A stretch of 63,864 bases of DNA, the filler included, from Octopus bimaculoides (Eukaryota): the NCBI RefSeq assembly GCF_001194135.2. It is 6 parts of 5 records of this genome, joined end to end, with 100 filler letters (N's around TTAATTAATTAA, not from the genome) between each part and the next. Parts side by side here need not be neighbours in the genome. Positions count along the whole stretch, not along the records: positions 40,884 to 57,110 come from NC_068982.1; positions 57,211 to 61,988 come from NW_026313047.1; positions 62,089 to 63,864 come from NW_026325243.1; 3 more parts are not named here. One strand, written 5' to 3'. The notes under the pieces are model-generated. The model made no database searches and was not told the DNA's origin. It was given only the letters and a program-made list of their open reading frames with translations. Of the stretch, positions 53,185 through 63,864 are shown piece after piece. Position 1 is the first letter of the stretch; every line of letters starts with the position of its first letter. Both the position numbers and the translations under genes were made by a program.

Positions 53185-53477
53185 TATCTTGTCTCAGCTA
53201 TGAATAACTATATTTTGTTAAAAAAAACGCCGCAATGCAGTTTGTCTTTATTTGAAACAAAACAGATTTCATCAATGAAGGAGAGCCTTCAGATTTGGAA
53301 ATCTTGTGTATCAGTAAAACTCTCTCAATCCAGCAAAGCATTTTGAGTAAATATGTCTACCATTGTTGTCGATATTTTGGTACAACTTTCAATCGTGACA
53401 TAATACATGAAAGCAGATTCTCATTACTCGTACGTTTAGTTTTATTTTTATCCTTTTTGACTATGGCTTAGCTCACT

Positions 53478-53861
53478 GTTGTTGGCACTCCGTCGCTTAC
53501 GACGTCGAGGGTTCCAGTTGATCCGATCAACGGAACAGCCTGCTCGTGAAATTAACGTGCAAGTGGCTGAGCACTCCACAGACATGTGTACCCTTAATGT
53601 ATTTCTCGGGGATATTCAGCGTGACACAGTGTGACAAAGCTGCCCCTTTGAATTACAAGCACAACAAAAACAGGAAGTAAGAGTGAGAGAAAGTTGTGGT
53701 GAAAGAGTACAGCAGGGTTCGCCACCATCCCCTGCCGGAGCCTCGTGGAGCTTTAGGTGTTTTCGCTCAATAAACACTCACAACACCCGGTCTGAGAATC
53801 GAAACCGCGATCTTATGACCGCGAGTCCGCTGCCCTAACCACTGGGCCATTGCGCTTCCAC
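53478..53861 (-). mobile_element. Full-length tRNA-derived SINE family C with perfect 13-bp TSD
   Basis: TSD ggcttagctcact at 53465-53477 and 53862-53874; head gtggaagcgcaatggcccagtggttagggcagcgg...ggtttcgattc; short caacaac tail. Confidence 0.95.
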
Positions 53862-54129
53862 GGCTTAGCTCACTAAACCATAGTCAAAGAACAATTTGAT
53901 ATTAAAAACCGTTACTTTGGGACAAACTGTAATCGTACCTGATAAACTTAACAACAAGGCATAGAGTTTAACGTACATCCATCCAAACTTACAATTCTCA
54001 TGAATCAAAATGTCTATCAGACAGAAGAACAAGTCATCGGTGAAGAATTCACAGCCATAAAGTCCAATTTGGAATCACGAGACAGGTATAAATATATTCA
54101 TTAAAATATCACAAGTCTTATGACTAAAA

Positions 54130-54290
54130 CATTTGCAGCATAGGAACTTTAATTTGCGAAAGATTAAATGGGACAATTCGTCAGAAAAGAACTGCTACCA
54201 AGATATGCAAGAAATAATTTTACAAAACAATCTTGGTAAAGAGATCTCTTGGGAAAACCCAAGAGTATAAGAATGCTCGCATTTATTAAA
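54130..54290 (+). pseudogene. Degraded APE-endonuclease fragment of a CR1-like LINE
   Basis: (G.)FNLRKIKWDNSSEKNCYQDMQEIILQNNL..NPR resembles GDFN.P.I.W...L.Q....PTR. Confidence 0.45.
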
Positions 54291-54794
54291 GAAAATGGTG
54301 AACACAAGCAAGTCAATACGTAACACTGTTTAATATAAATACTTTCGTGATCGTCTTATCAACGCATATTAGGCAACCAAACACGACAGAACAATCTAAT
54401 TCAACTAAGCGACTCTCTATATTATCATATATAAATATTTCACAAGAAAAATTGGAAATTTTGAGCCAGTGTAAATATATTAAAGTTATATTTCAAGACT
54501 GATAAAGATAAAGCTGAAATAAAATCAATCATTATAAAAATCCTTCACGGCGTTAATACAGAGCTAAAGAGTTCATTCAGAAAATTCCGAAATAATACAA
54601 CGCACATTAACACGTGTTCTTATTGGACACATTCCATATAATTTATATATTTATGATTGTAGATTATTCCAAAATAAGAAAGACTGTGGCACCTGATGAG
54701 CGTGATTCAGTCTGGGGGGACTATTATCAATATATACTCGTCAGATCACTGATAAATATTTGTTATACCTAAGAATTCATCATCATCATCATCA

Positions 54795-55130
54795 TTACCT
54801 CCGTCTTCGGTAAGGCGAAGGTATTGTTTTCAGTCGTTTTTGTTTGTTTGTTTGTTTGTTTGTTTGTCCGTGGACAAGATATCTCAAGAACTGCTGGATG
54901 AATTCGAATGAAACTTTTAGGGATGTTTTGGCCTCATGACTCGCACAAAATGATTAGATTTTGGGATCAATCCGGAACCGGACAAGGATTAATTTTCCTG
55001 GTTTCTTTTTTTTACTTAATTTTTGAGCGGTGATTTTTAGTATTCTCGTTTGTGAGAGCTGTCGAGTTTATTTCAGATATTCTCGTTTTAAAAACCAGCT
55101 CTGACTAATCGTAAGGAGGATGTTGATGTT
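54795..55130 (+). mobile_element. DINE-1/HINE-like non-autonomous (Helentron-type) element, probably truncated
   Basis: Terminal hairpin acctccgtctt-cggt-aaggcgaaggt (54797-54822), then (GTTT)n and gtccgtggacaagatatctcaagaac...atgaaactt...gatcaatccgga. This layout is typical of DINE-1-like elements. Confidence 0.5.
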
Positions 55131-55488
55131 GCAGACTAACAACTTGTTTGTTTGAGTTTCGTCATTTTTGACCGCGGTTTTGGTTTGTTACTACGCGTTG
55201 AAGGCTTTCTCTTCGAGACTGTCCGTTGTTGAAATGGTTGTGTATCACTGTTGAGGATTACTGTTGAGCGACTCGCGTGTGAGAGTTTTTCTTTTTTTTT
55301 TGCGCTGTTTTCTCTCCATTGTGGGGGTGAAAAGTCAGTTTTTCATTATGGAGAGCTATGCAAAAGCCGCTGCAGTAGGAGCAGCTCCGCCATTGGACTT
55401 AAAACAGATAAAAGTAAATATGGAAGAGATACTTAGAGGGGAACAGTTGATACAAAAGGTGGGAGACGCAATAAAGCTAGTCCCTCCA

Positions 55489-55789
55489 GATAATTCACCT
55501 TTGGAAACAGATGTGCGTCGTTCAAAATCCTTAAACAACCCTTATTCAGGGTCCTTTTGAGCGGGATGGGCTACTTGACTAGAAGAAAATTCTAAATGGA
55601 CCCCATCTGCAAGGTATTCTGCTGTTTATCTTGATATGAAATCACCATGTCGCGCACATACGGTTGTGATGCACGTGCCTGGTGTACCCTTATCAGACGG
55701 GTAGTCATGATGGGTATAATGGGCTTCGTATATTTTAGCCCGGTGTCACTTTGATGGCATGCACTGCTCTCTCACTCAATAATAATAAT
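55489..55789 (+). mobile_element. 5'-truncated copy of the (AAT)n-tailed retroposon at 36367
   Basis: Colinear with 36637-36922; ends ctctctcactc+aataataataat. Confidence 0.85.
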
Positions 55790-57059
55790 TTCTTATATTC
55801 ACCACAGGGACATCCGATGAGGACCACATCACAAGGACGGTTTACAATTTGTATGTGAGCCTACATGAACGATAAAGAGAAGAAAAGTAGAGGATGGGGG
55901 AAATGGGAGTGAAAGAAAACAAGGAGAAAATGGATGGAGAAAATTCGTTATTGATTAGGTCATTTTGAATTTTCATTTATTTATTTATTTTTAGAAATAT
56001 TGTTCAATACTTCAATTATCCAAAAATATCTGTGATAAAATTGGTTTCTATAATATATACATATAGACACACAAAAATACACGCACACATATACACACAC
56101 TTATACACACACTTATACACACACACATATATATAAACATATATAATACATACATACATACACACATAGACATATATATGCGCGTGAGTGTGTGTGTGCA
56201 TGTGTATATATAATCGAGTTCAAAAGAGCATTAAGTGTTACTATATTTATGCATATATGTATGTATATATATGTATGTATCTATGCATGTATGTAGATAT
56301 ATATATGTATGTGTGTATATATATATGCATATATATATACATATACACATCTCTCTCTCTCTCTCTCTCNNNNNNNNNNATATACGTATGTTTGCATGCG
56401 TATATATATATATATATATATATATATGAATGTGTGTGTGTGTGTATGCATCTATGTATGTGTGCGTTTCGACGCTATCCATGTGTACGTGTTTTGATTT
56501 GTTAAGCTCTGTGATCTCCTAGTCTACAGCTTTTACTCAAGTTTCTATACTAAATATTTGTCTTATTATTGATTCAGACTTCCCCGTCTTTTTATAGCAA
56601 CACTCGTCGTACTCAAGATTTTTACTTCTCTCGGTCATTCTTTAAACATTTCCTTTCACAACTATTCCTTCATTTATCGTCTTTCTCTAAATAAAAGCAT
56701 AACGGTAAAGCTTGTAAGTATCTAGTTATAATTTTATATAATCTAAGGACCCGTATATAATTTCATAACCGCAATATACGAGGAATAACAATTTAGTATC
56801 TAATATCTAGGCATAGTGTTATTATCTTGCCGTTCCCCATGAGTTAGTTAGATCCTTGCTGCATTGGTTGTACAATAAATTGTTTTCCGTCTCATGTTCA
56901 CATCCTTCTGCCTTACCCCATCCGTCAAATTTCACCCTCACTCACTCGATTACTCACTCACTCTTTCTATCTATCTGTTTGTCTGTCTGTCTACCTGCCT
57001 GCTTCATACAGACACACACATATACATATAACTTTATATACATATATAATTATATTCAC

Positions 57060-57092
<33 letters not shown>

Positions 57093-57210
57093 TTATATAT
57101 ATATATATATNNNNNNNNNNNNNNNNNNNNNNNNNNNNNNNNNNNNNNNNNNNNTTAATTAATTAANNNNNNNNNNNNNNNNNNNNNNNNNNNNNNNNNN
57201 NNNNNNNNNN

Positions 57211-57400
57211 TGCCACCCCAGACACACCAGAATGAATATCCCTTTCAACCTAGCAAAAAGGATATGTATTATAGCTTCTAATGCAAGCACCAGAGACACA
57301 CGACTACACGATCTAAAGTAGACACTCATCACCAGGAACTACTCACCTTCCCTAATTGACATATGCTTTCAACTCAACATCCAGGAACTCAGATATCCCA
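57211..57400 (+). pseudogene. Penelope-like RT C-terminal fragment
   Basis: CHPRHTRMNIPFNLAKRICIIASNASTRDTRLHDLK*TLITRNYSPSLID matches the PLE pattern SCHP.H....IP...A.RI..I.S....RD.RL..L...L..R.Y...LI. Confidence 0.8.
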
Positions 57401-58045
57401 AATATATCGATATAGTACTCTGTGGTCCGTAGCTAAAATAGTTGAATGATCTATCTTGCAAGAAGTTTGATAGAGTAATCTCCCTTTAATAAGTTTCTCG
57501 AAATATCTACATCAGGAGAAGTAATTCTTAATTATTCAAAAAGCTTCGCGTTTCTCTTGGTAGTTTCTAGAATGTCTAGCGTTCCATTAATGAAAACAGT
57601 TTGTTCAGTATCAAGTACTGAAATGGCTGTGTGTATATTATTAGAATTCTTACAAAGAAGAAGAATAAATTTAAGAACTAATATTTACTGCAGCATAATC
57701 AAGGTAATCGAAATTAGTGAAATTCTAACAGAAAAATATTTTAGCTGTTAAAAACGCTAGCAAAAAGGAAAACCAGACCAAATTTAACTTTAGACAATCA
57801 TTCGTTCAACCAAGAGCGACGTCACTGAATAAAAAATTTCGTTTATAAAAGTGAAATATAAAAAATACCATACTAATTCCATATTTTTTGACAATTTGAA
57901 ATCTGCATAAAAAATAAAAACAGAAAATAAAAAATCTAACGTAGAAAACGAGAATATTTATCAACTAGAATCGATGATGTCACTGGATATCTAAGTTCTA
58001 CATTATGCTTATGTATGTGTGTATGTCCGTGCATATGTGTGTGTG

Positions 58046-58079
<34 letters not shown>

Positions 58080-58471
58080 NNNNNNNNNNNNNNNNNNNNN
58101 NNNNNNNNNNNNNNNNNNNNNNNNNNNNNNNNNNNNNNNNNNNNNNNNNNNNNNNNNNNNNNNNNNNNNNNNNNNNNNNNNNNNNNNNNNNNNNNNNNNN
58201 NNNNNNNNNNNNNNNNNNNNNNNNNNNNNNNNNNNNNNNNNNNNNNNNNNNNNNNNNNNNNNNNNNNNNNNNNNNNNNNNNNNNNNNNNNNNNNNNNNNN
58301 NNNNNNNNNNNNNNNNNNNNNNNNNNNNNNNNNNNNNNNNNNNNNNNNNNNNNNNNNNNNNNNNNNNNNNNNNNNNNNNNNNNNNNNNNNNNNNNNNNNN
58401 NNNNNNNNNNNNNNNNNNNNNNNNNNNNNNNNNNNNNNNNNNNNNNNNNNNNNNNNNNNNNNNNNNNNNNN

Positions 58472-58512
<41 letters not shown>

Positions 58513-58535
58513 CATACATATATATATATATATAT

Positions 58536-58743
58536 CGGGAGAATTCACAAAAAAATAACAGATGATGACAGGTGGTGTAGAAAACAAACAAATTTATTAG
58601 TATAACACTCGGGAATTGAAAATGTCTTTAACGTTTCGAGCCTACGCTCTTCCACAGAAAGGAACACAGAAAGAAACAAGGAGAGAAACAAGGAGAGAAA
58701 AAGGAGAGAAAAAAGGAGAGAAAAATGTGTGTAGTGGTTAGCG
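58536..58743 (-). mobile_element. ~200-bp (TA)n-embedded element with a minimal hammerhead-like fold
   Basis: Same termini as the 62583-62763 copy; contains cttt-CTGTGGA-A-GAGC-gtag-GCTC-GAA-ACGT-T-aaag (58624-58662). Confidence 0.8.
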
Positions 58744-59001
58744 ATATATATATAAAATACATAATTATAAAAATATAATTATAATTAAGGACACTGGAAT
58801 GCCAACGCCTATACACAAGAAGTAGATGTCAAATACTTACAATCCACTCTAAATGTGTTCCTTATTTATAACCCAAGGCCAAATGCGAGGAAATGAGCAA
58901 GAATATTTACAAATTTCGGATAATCCTATACCGTGCTCTGTGAAGAAGATTACTTTGTACTCATCAGTAGAGATAAACAGATAATACATTAGCGAAAAAT
59001 A

Positions 59002-59228
59002 TTGGGTTATCCGGAAAGTTCGTGCCGATTTTTAATGGAAAGAAAAAGGTCAATGAATACATGCCATTACATTTTAATCAACCAAATATGAACCATTTTG
59101 TTGCACAATGCGACCCCATCTTTCCTTTTACTTGAAAATACCCTCTTCCCAGAATTGAGGTGGTTTCATGGCAAATAAGTCGAAAGCTAAGCTACTATAA
59201 ATCGGCACGAACTTTCCGGACAAGCCAA
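59002..59228 (-). mobile_element. Mariner-derived MITE (227 bp)
   Basis: 30-bp TIRs with 2 mismatches (ttgggttatccggaaagttcgtgccgattt), TA at both flanks. The interior retains the mariner C-terminus DLFAMKPPQFWEEGIFK*KERWGRIVQQNGSYLVD* on the minus strand. Confidence 0.93.
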
Positions 59229-60569
59229 TACATATACATACCGATAAATTTTTGCTTACAGACACCAATAGATACATGCATTTCCAGCGTATACTGGTAT
59301 TCTAGTGTTCTTAATTGTAATTATATTTTCATAGTTCTGTACTTGAAAATTAATTTTACCAATATGGTCGTTGTTTATACGTTAACCACTGATATAATCA
59401 ATAATCATGTTAATGATTATATCTTCATACATTATATATATCTCATACATATTATATACATTTATATACATTTATATTCAGATATATATATATATATATA
59501 TATATATANNNNNNNNNNNNNNNNNNNNNNNNNNNNNNNNNNNNNNNNNNNNNNNNNNNNNNNNNNNNNNNNNNNNNNNNNNNNNNNNNNNNNNNNNNNN
59601 NNNNNNNNNNNNNNNNNNNNNNNNNNNNNNNNNNNNNNNNNNNNNNNNNNNNNNNNNNNNNNNNNNNNNNNNNNNNNNNNNNNNNNNNNNNNNNNNNNNN
59701 NNNNNNNNNNNNNNNNNNNNNNNNNNNNNNNNNNNNNNNNNNNNNNNNNNNNNNNNNNNNNNNNNNNNNNNNNNNNNNNNNNNNNNNNNNNNNNNNNNNN
59801 NNNNNNNNNNNNNNNNNNNNNNNNNNNNNNNNNNNNNNNNNNNNNNNNNNNNNNNNNNNNNNNNNNNNNNNNNNNNNNNNNNNNNNNNNNNNNNNNNNNN
59901 NNNNNNNNNNNNNNNNNNNNNNNNNNNNNNNNNNNNNNNNNNNNNNNNNNNNNNNNNNNNNNNNNNNNNNNNNNNNNNNNNNNNNNNNNNNNNNNNNNNN
60001 NNNNNNNNNNNNNNNNNNNNNNNNNNNNNNNNNNNNNNNNNNNNNNNNNNNNNNNNNNNNNNNNNNNNNNNNNNNNNNNNNNNNNNNNNNNNNNNNNNNN
60101 NNNNNNNNNNNNNNNNNNNNNNNNNNNNNNNNNNNNNNNNNNNNNNNNNNNNNNNNNNNNNTATATATATATATATATATATGTATGTATATATGTATGT
60201 ATGTATGTATATATATATATGTATAACCTCGCTTCTTTTCAATAAAAGTAAAAATTTGCGTGCATAAGTAGACAGACAAACAGACATACATACATACATA
60301 CAGACAGACAGACAGACAGATAGATAGATAAATAGATAGATATCCATACATATCTAAGCTTTTTTGTTCCTTAGAACAAGTCTCATTTATTCACTCACAA
60401 AAATGAAATAGTGTGTTATTACGTTAGTGGTGACAAGTTTACAGTGGTAATTGGGTTTCGATCCTTGGTGATCTTGTTTCACAACTATTTCTCAATACAA
60501 GATCACCTAGGATTCCAACGTAATTGCCTCTGCAAACTGGTCTCCACCACAATACACATATGTGTGTAT

Positions 60570-60632
<63 letters not shown>

Positions 60633-60896
60633 NNNNNNNNNNNNNNNNNNNNNNNNNNNNNNNNNNNNNNNNNNNNNNNNNNNNNNNNNNNNNNNNNNNN
60701 NNNNNNNNNNNNNNNNNNNNNNNNNNNNNNNNNNNNNNNNNNNNNNNNNNNNNNNNNNNNNNNNNNNNNNNNNNNNNNNNNNNNNNNNNNNNNNNNNNNN
60801 NNNNNNNNNNNNNNNNNNNNNNNNNNNNNNNNNNNNNNNNNNNTCTTTCCTTGCCCACTCTCTCTTATTTATATGTATATATATATAGATTTTGAT

Positions 60897-60938
<42 letters not shown>

Positions 60939-61354
60939 GAAGAAAGAAAGGAAGAAAGAAAGAAAGAAAGAAAGAGAGGGAGACGTGTAAATATACACGT
61001 TTCTATCGATATTCGTCAGGCAGACAGTGATATTCAACATTATCATAATTTTGATATCCCTCGTGTACACTTTCGTATATTTGTATCTGAGACATTCTCA
61101 ATATAAAACTGTGACACTCTGCTTGGCAACGGTCCATAAAACCCAATAACATTCGGTTGCTATGACGTCATTACACGTCAACATGACACATTTTCACTGC
61201 AGACTCCATTTTGTGGTTTGTTTGTAGTTGGTTTCCAACTTTTTTTTTCTTTTTTACCTCTATTTTTTTTTTTTAATCTTTTTCGTCTCTATTCTTTTGA
61301 AATTTTTATGGCTTTTATTACTATTAATGTTATTGGTATCGTTGTTTCTACCGT

Positions 61355-61355
61355 A

Positions 61356-61438
<83 letters not shown>

Positions 61439-61513
61439 CATCATCATTATTGTTGTTGTTCTTATTCTTCTTTTCCATCTTCTTGGTCTTGTTCTTGTTC
61501 TTGTTTCTATTCG

Positions 61514-61572
<59 letters not shown>
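61355..61572. repeat. Compound (ATT)n arrays with (ATC)/(GTT)/(CTT) variants
   Basis: Direct reading. Confidence 0.9.
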
Positions 61573-61573
<1 letters not shown>

Positions 61574-62582
61574 TAATAGTTGTTGTAGTAATAGTAGTAA
61601 TTCTTGTGATTTTATTCTTTCCAGAAAAGTAGCCTTGTTGGTTCGTCTTTATTGTTGTTCTAAGCGGTCATCTCAATGTATCTGATGTATTCATGTCAAA
61701 AAATCGACCGAGTGATGTTGCAAGCTAAATACCATTCTGGTGAACTTGGCAGTAGTGTTTGTGGCTTTTGTTTGACATATGTTATGTTCGTTCTTACCTT
61801 TTGTCCATATCACATATGTTATTTTATTAGCGTTGTGCATTTTTGGATGCTTTTATTGTATTTTTAGTTTTTCGTTTTTCATTCTTTGTAAACAGAAACA
61901 TACATATAGGCACCCAGATAACACACAGACACACACAGACACACACATACATATACATACATACTGACATACATATATACATACATACNNNNNNNNNNNN
62001 NNNNNNNNNNNNNNNNNNNNNNNNNNNNNNNNTTAATTAATTAANNNNNNNNNNNNNNNNNNNNNNNNNNNNNNNNNNNNNNNNNNNNACTACTACTACT
62101 ATGAATATTGCTACTGAATTAAGACCTTTATACGGTGAAACCCTTCATTACATTTGCACAGCCGTTATCAAGTTCTAACAAGTTTTGCCAGGGTCGTCAT
62201 GTCTGAATTAGTTTCCTCAAATCAAATCCGATTGTATATATTGTTAAGAAAACAACTGGAAAGTTACTTAGATTGAATCAGTTATTTAAAGCAAATTTGG
62301 TGAAAACAGTAATTCAGAGTATCAAATGTCTACGTATATTTCTATCGATCTGTATATAGAAAGTAAAGAGACAGATATCTTTCGTGAAAAGTCTGTTATC
62401 TGATTCCAGGATTATTATACCGAAATGAAGCTTCGTACAGATGGAATCAATGAAATGAAAAGAAATAAGGATATATATGCAAATGAGTACGTACGTACGC
62501 ATATACGTAGAGGCATATATTCATACATACACACATACACATCTGTGTATGTGTGTGTAATTATATGTATATGTATATGTAT

Positions 62583-62763
62583 CGCTGACCACTACACGCA
62601 TTTTTTTCTCTCCTTGTTTCTTTTCTTTCTATGTTCCTTTCTGTGGAAGAGCGTAGGCTCGAAACGTTGAAGACTTTTTCANNNNNNNNNNNNNNNNNNN
62701 NTACATCTGTTTGTTTTCTACACCACCTGTCTTCGTCTGTTGTTTTTTTTGGTGAATTCTTCC
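62583..62763 (+). mobile_element. Second copy of the ~200-bp hammerhead-bearing element
   Basis: cgctgaccactacac...ttcctttCTGTGGAAGAGCGTAGGCTCGAAACGTTgaag...caccacctgtc...gtgaattcttcc in TA-rich flanks; 20 N inside. Confidence 0.8.
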
Positions 62764-63864
62764 TATATATATATCAGAAAAAGTTAAAAATAATGGTCAT
62801 TACACATAATTCCTTAATTAGAGCAAATTTGGCTTACAGCTGTTTCCAATTGTCATTATTCGTACATTGCTGATAGGTTAACTCAATTGGTTTATTGATC
62901 AGTTGAGGTAAATTGAACTATTTGTTCTACCCCCACCCCACACACACGCACACAAACACACACATACACACATACACACACATACACACACATGTATACA
63001 CGTATAAACAGAGATACCCTCGAAATATTTTCATATGCCATGGTACGTTGACTGCAAAGCAGACTTTAAGGTGTCATACACTCTGACACATATATTCGGA
63101 AACTCACGTGAACTTAACGTTGATAGCTGCAAATCTTCTGAGTGTGCCTCTTCTATCCTATCCATCGAGGAATTTCTCCCCCTTGTGTTACTGTTGCTTT
63201 GTCTTGCCTCTGCAATGCTTTACTAAATTCTTTATGCACTATTTAAACATCAGAACATCGAGCGTTTTTTCAGAAATCGACTAAACGGTGCTTCATCTCA
63301 TCATCAACATTAAAAATATAGGATGAACTGCAAATATGGCGTCGACGTCTAACGATCTTATTGAAACAATATTCAAACAAATATTTTTTAAGTCTGTTTG
63401 TTTTATCAACAGACAGATATGAACATTTGGTATGGTATATATTCACTGTACGTTAGGTTTGCTTTACTGTACACATGCTATTGAAAGACTACAGTGGTCT
63501 AGTGTCTTCTCATCAATCTGTTATATGTCTTGTATAAGTTTAATAACAATCAGGTGAATGTATCATTTATAACATGTACTGCAAAGATGCCTACGATTTA
63601 CATATCGCAGGTAGATGGCGTCACCACATTAGCCATCTATAGCAAAGGTCAGGTTTATGTATATGTGTGTCTGTGAATTTTAAGTTGGGTGTCTCTAACT
63701 ATGTGCTTATGTGTGCCAGTGTTTTTGGATGTGCGTTTTAGTTCCAGTATGCGAGCATACGAAAGCGTCATATCGAATGACTTGTAAATTCTGTAGATTA
63801 TCTCTGCACTTTCACTACCGTTCTTCTTCTTCTTCTTCTTCTTCTTCTTCTTCTTCTTCTTCTT

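Noticed and set aside
61143-61180. CCAAT plus a full CRE (TGACGTCA at 61163)
   Set aside because: Isolated short motifs between microsatellites with no linked transcript feature; expected by chance in 64 kb.
63035-63226. Plus-strand ORF ending in a hydrophobic, GPI-signal-like tail
   Set aside because: Only 63 codons, no convincing splice acceptor or homology, and it overlaps an alternative minus-strand reading.

Overview
AT-rich, repeat-saturated eukaryotic DNA. The SINE families and extreme microsatellite load look like octopus/coleoid cephalopod sequence (inference from recalled repeat families, not a database match). Roughly 10 kb (~15%) is N-gaps, usually at (TA)n/(TG)n tracts. I found no host protein-coding gene that I can name; most ORFs in the track are microsatellite or N artefacts. 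The window is a fossil bed of mobile elements: three R4/Dong-type non-LTR fragments, two Penelope-like coding fragments, RTE and CR1-like LINE fragments, a Buster/Charlie hAT with both ends, a DD37D (maT) and a DD36E Tc1/mariner, a mariner MITE, long-TIR foldbacks, a DINE-1/HINE-like element, three tRNA-derived SINE families (some with clean TSDs) and a ~555-bp (TAA)n-associated retroposon. Best leads: (1) a ~200-bp (TA)n-embedded element, in two inverted near-complete copies plus a relative, with a minimal hammerhead-ribozyme fold and a shared non-canonical core (CUGUGGAA); (2) several other Penelope-type hammerhead remnants; (3) a 67-nt pre-miRNA-like hairpin at 53118-53184; (4) a DD36E-spaced Tc1 split by a SINE; (5) two complementary, oppositely oriented Dong halves, one abutting a GIY-YIG fragment.
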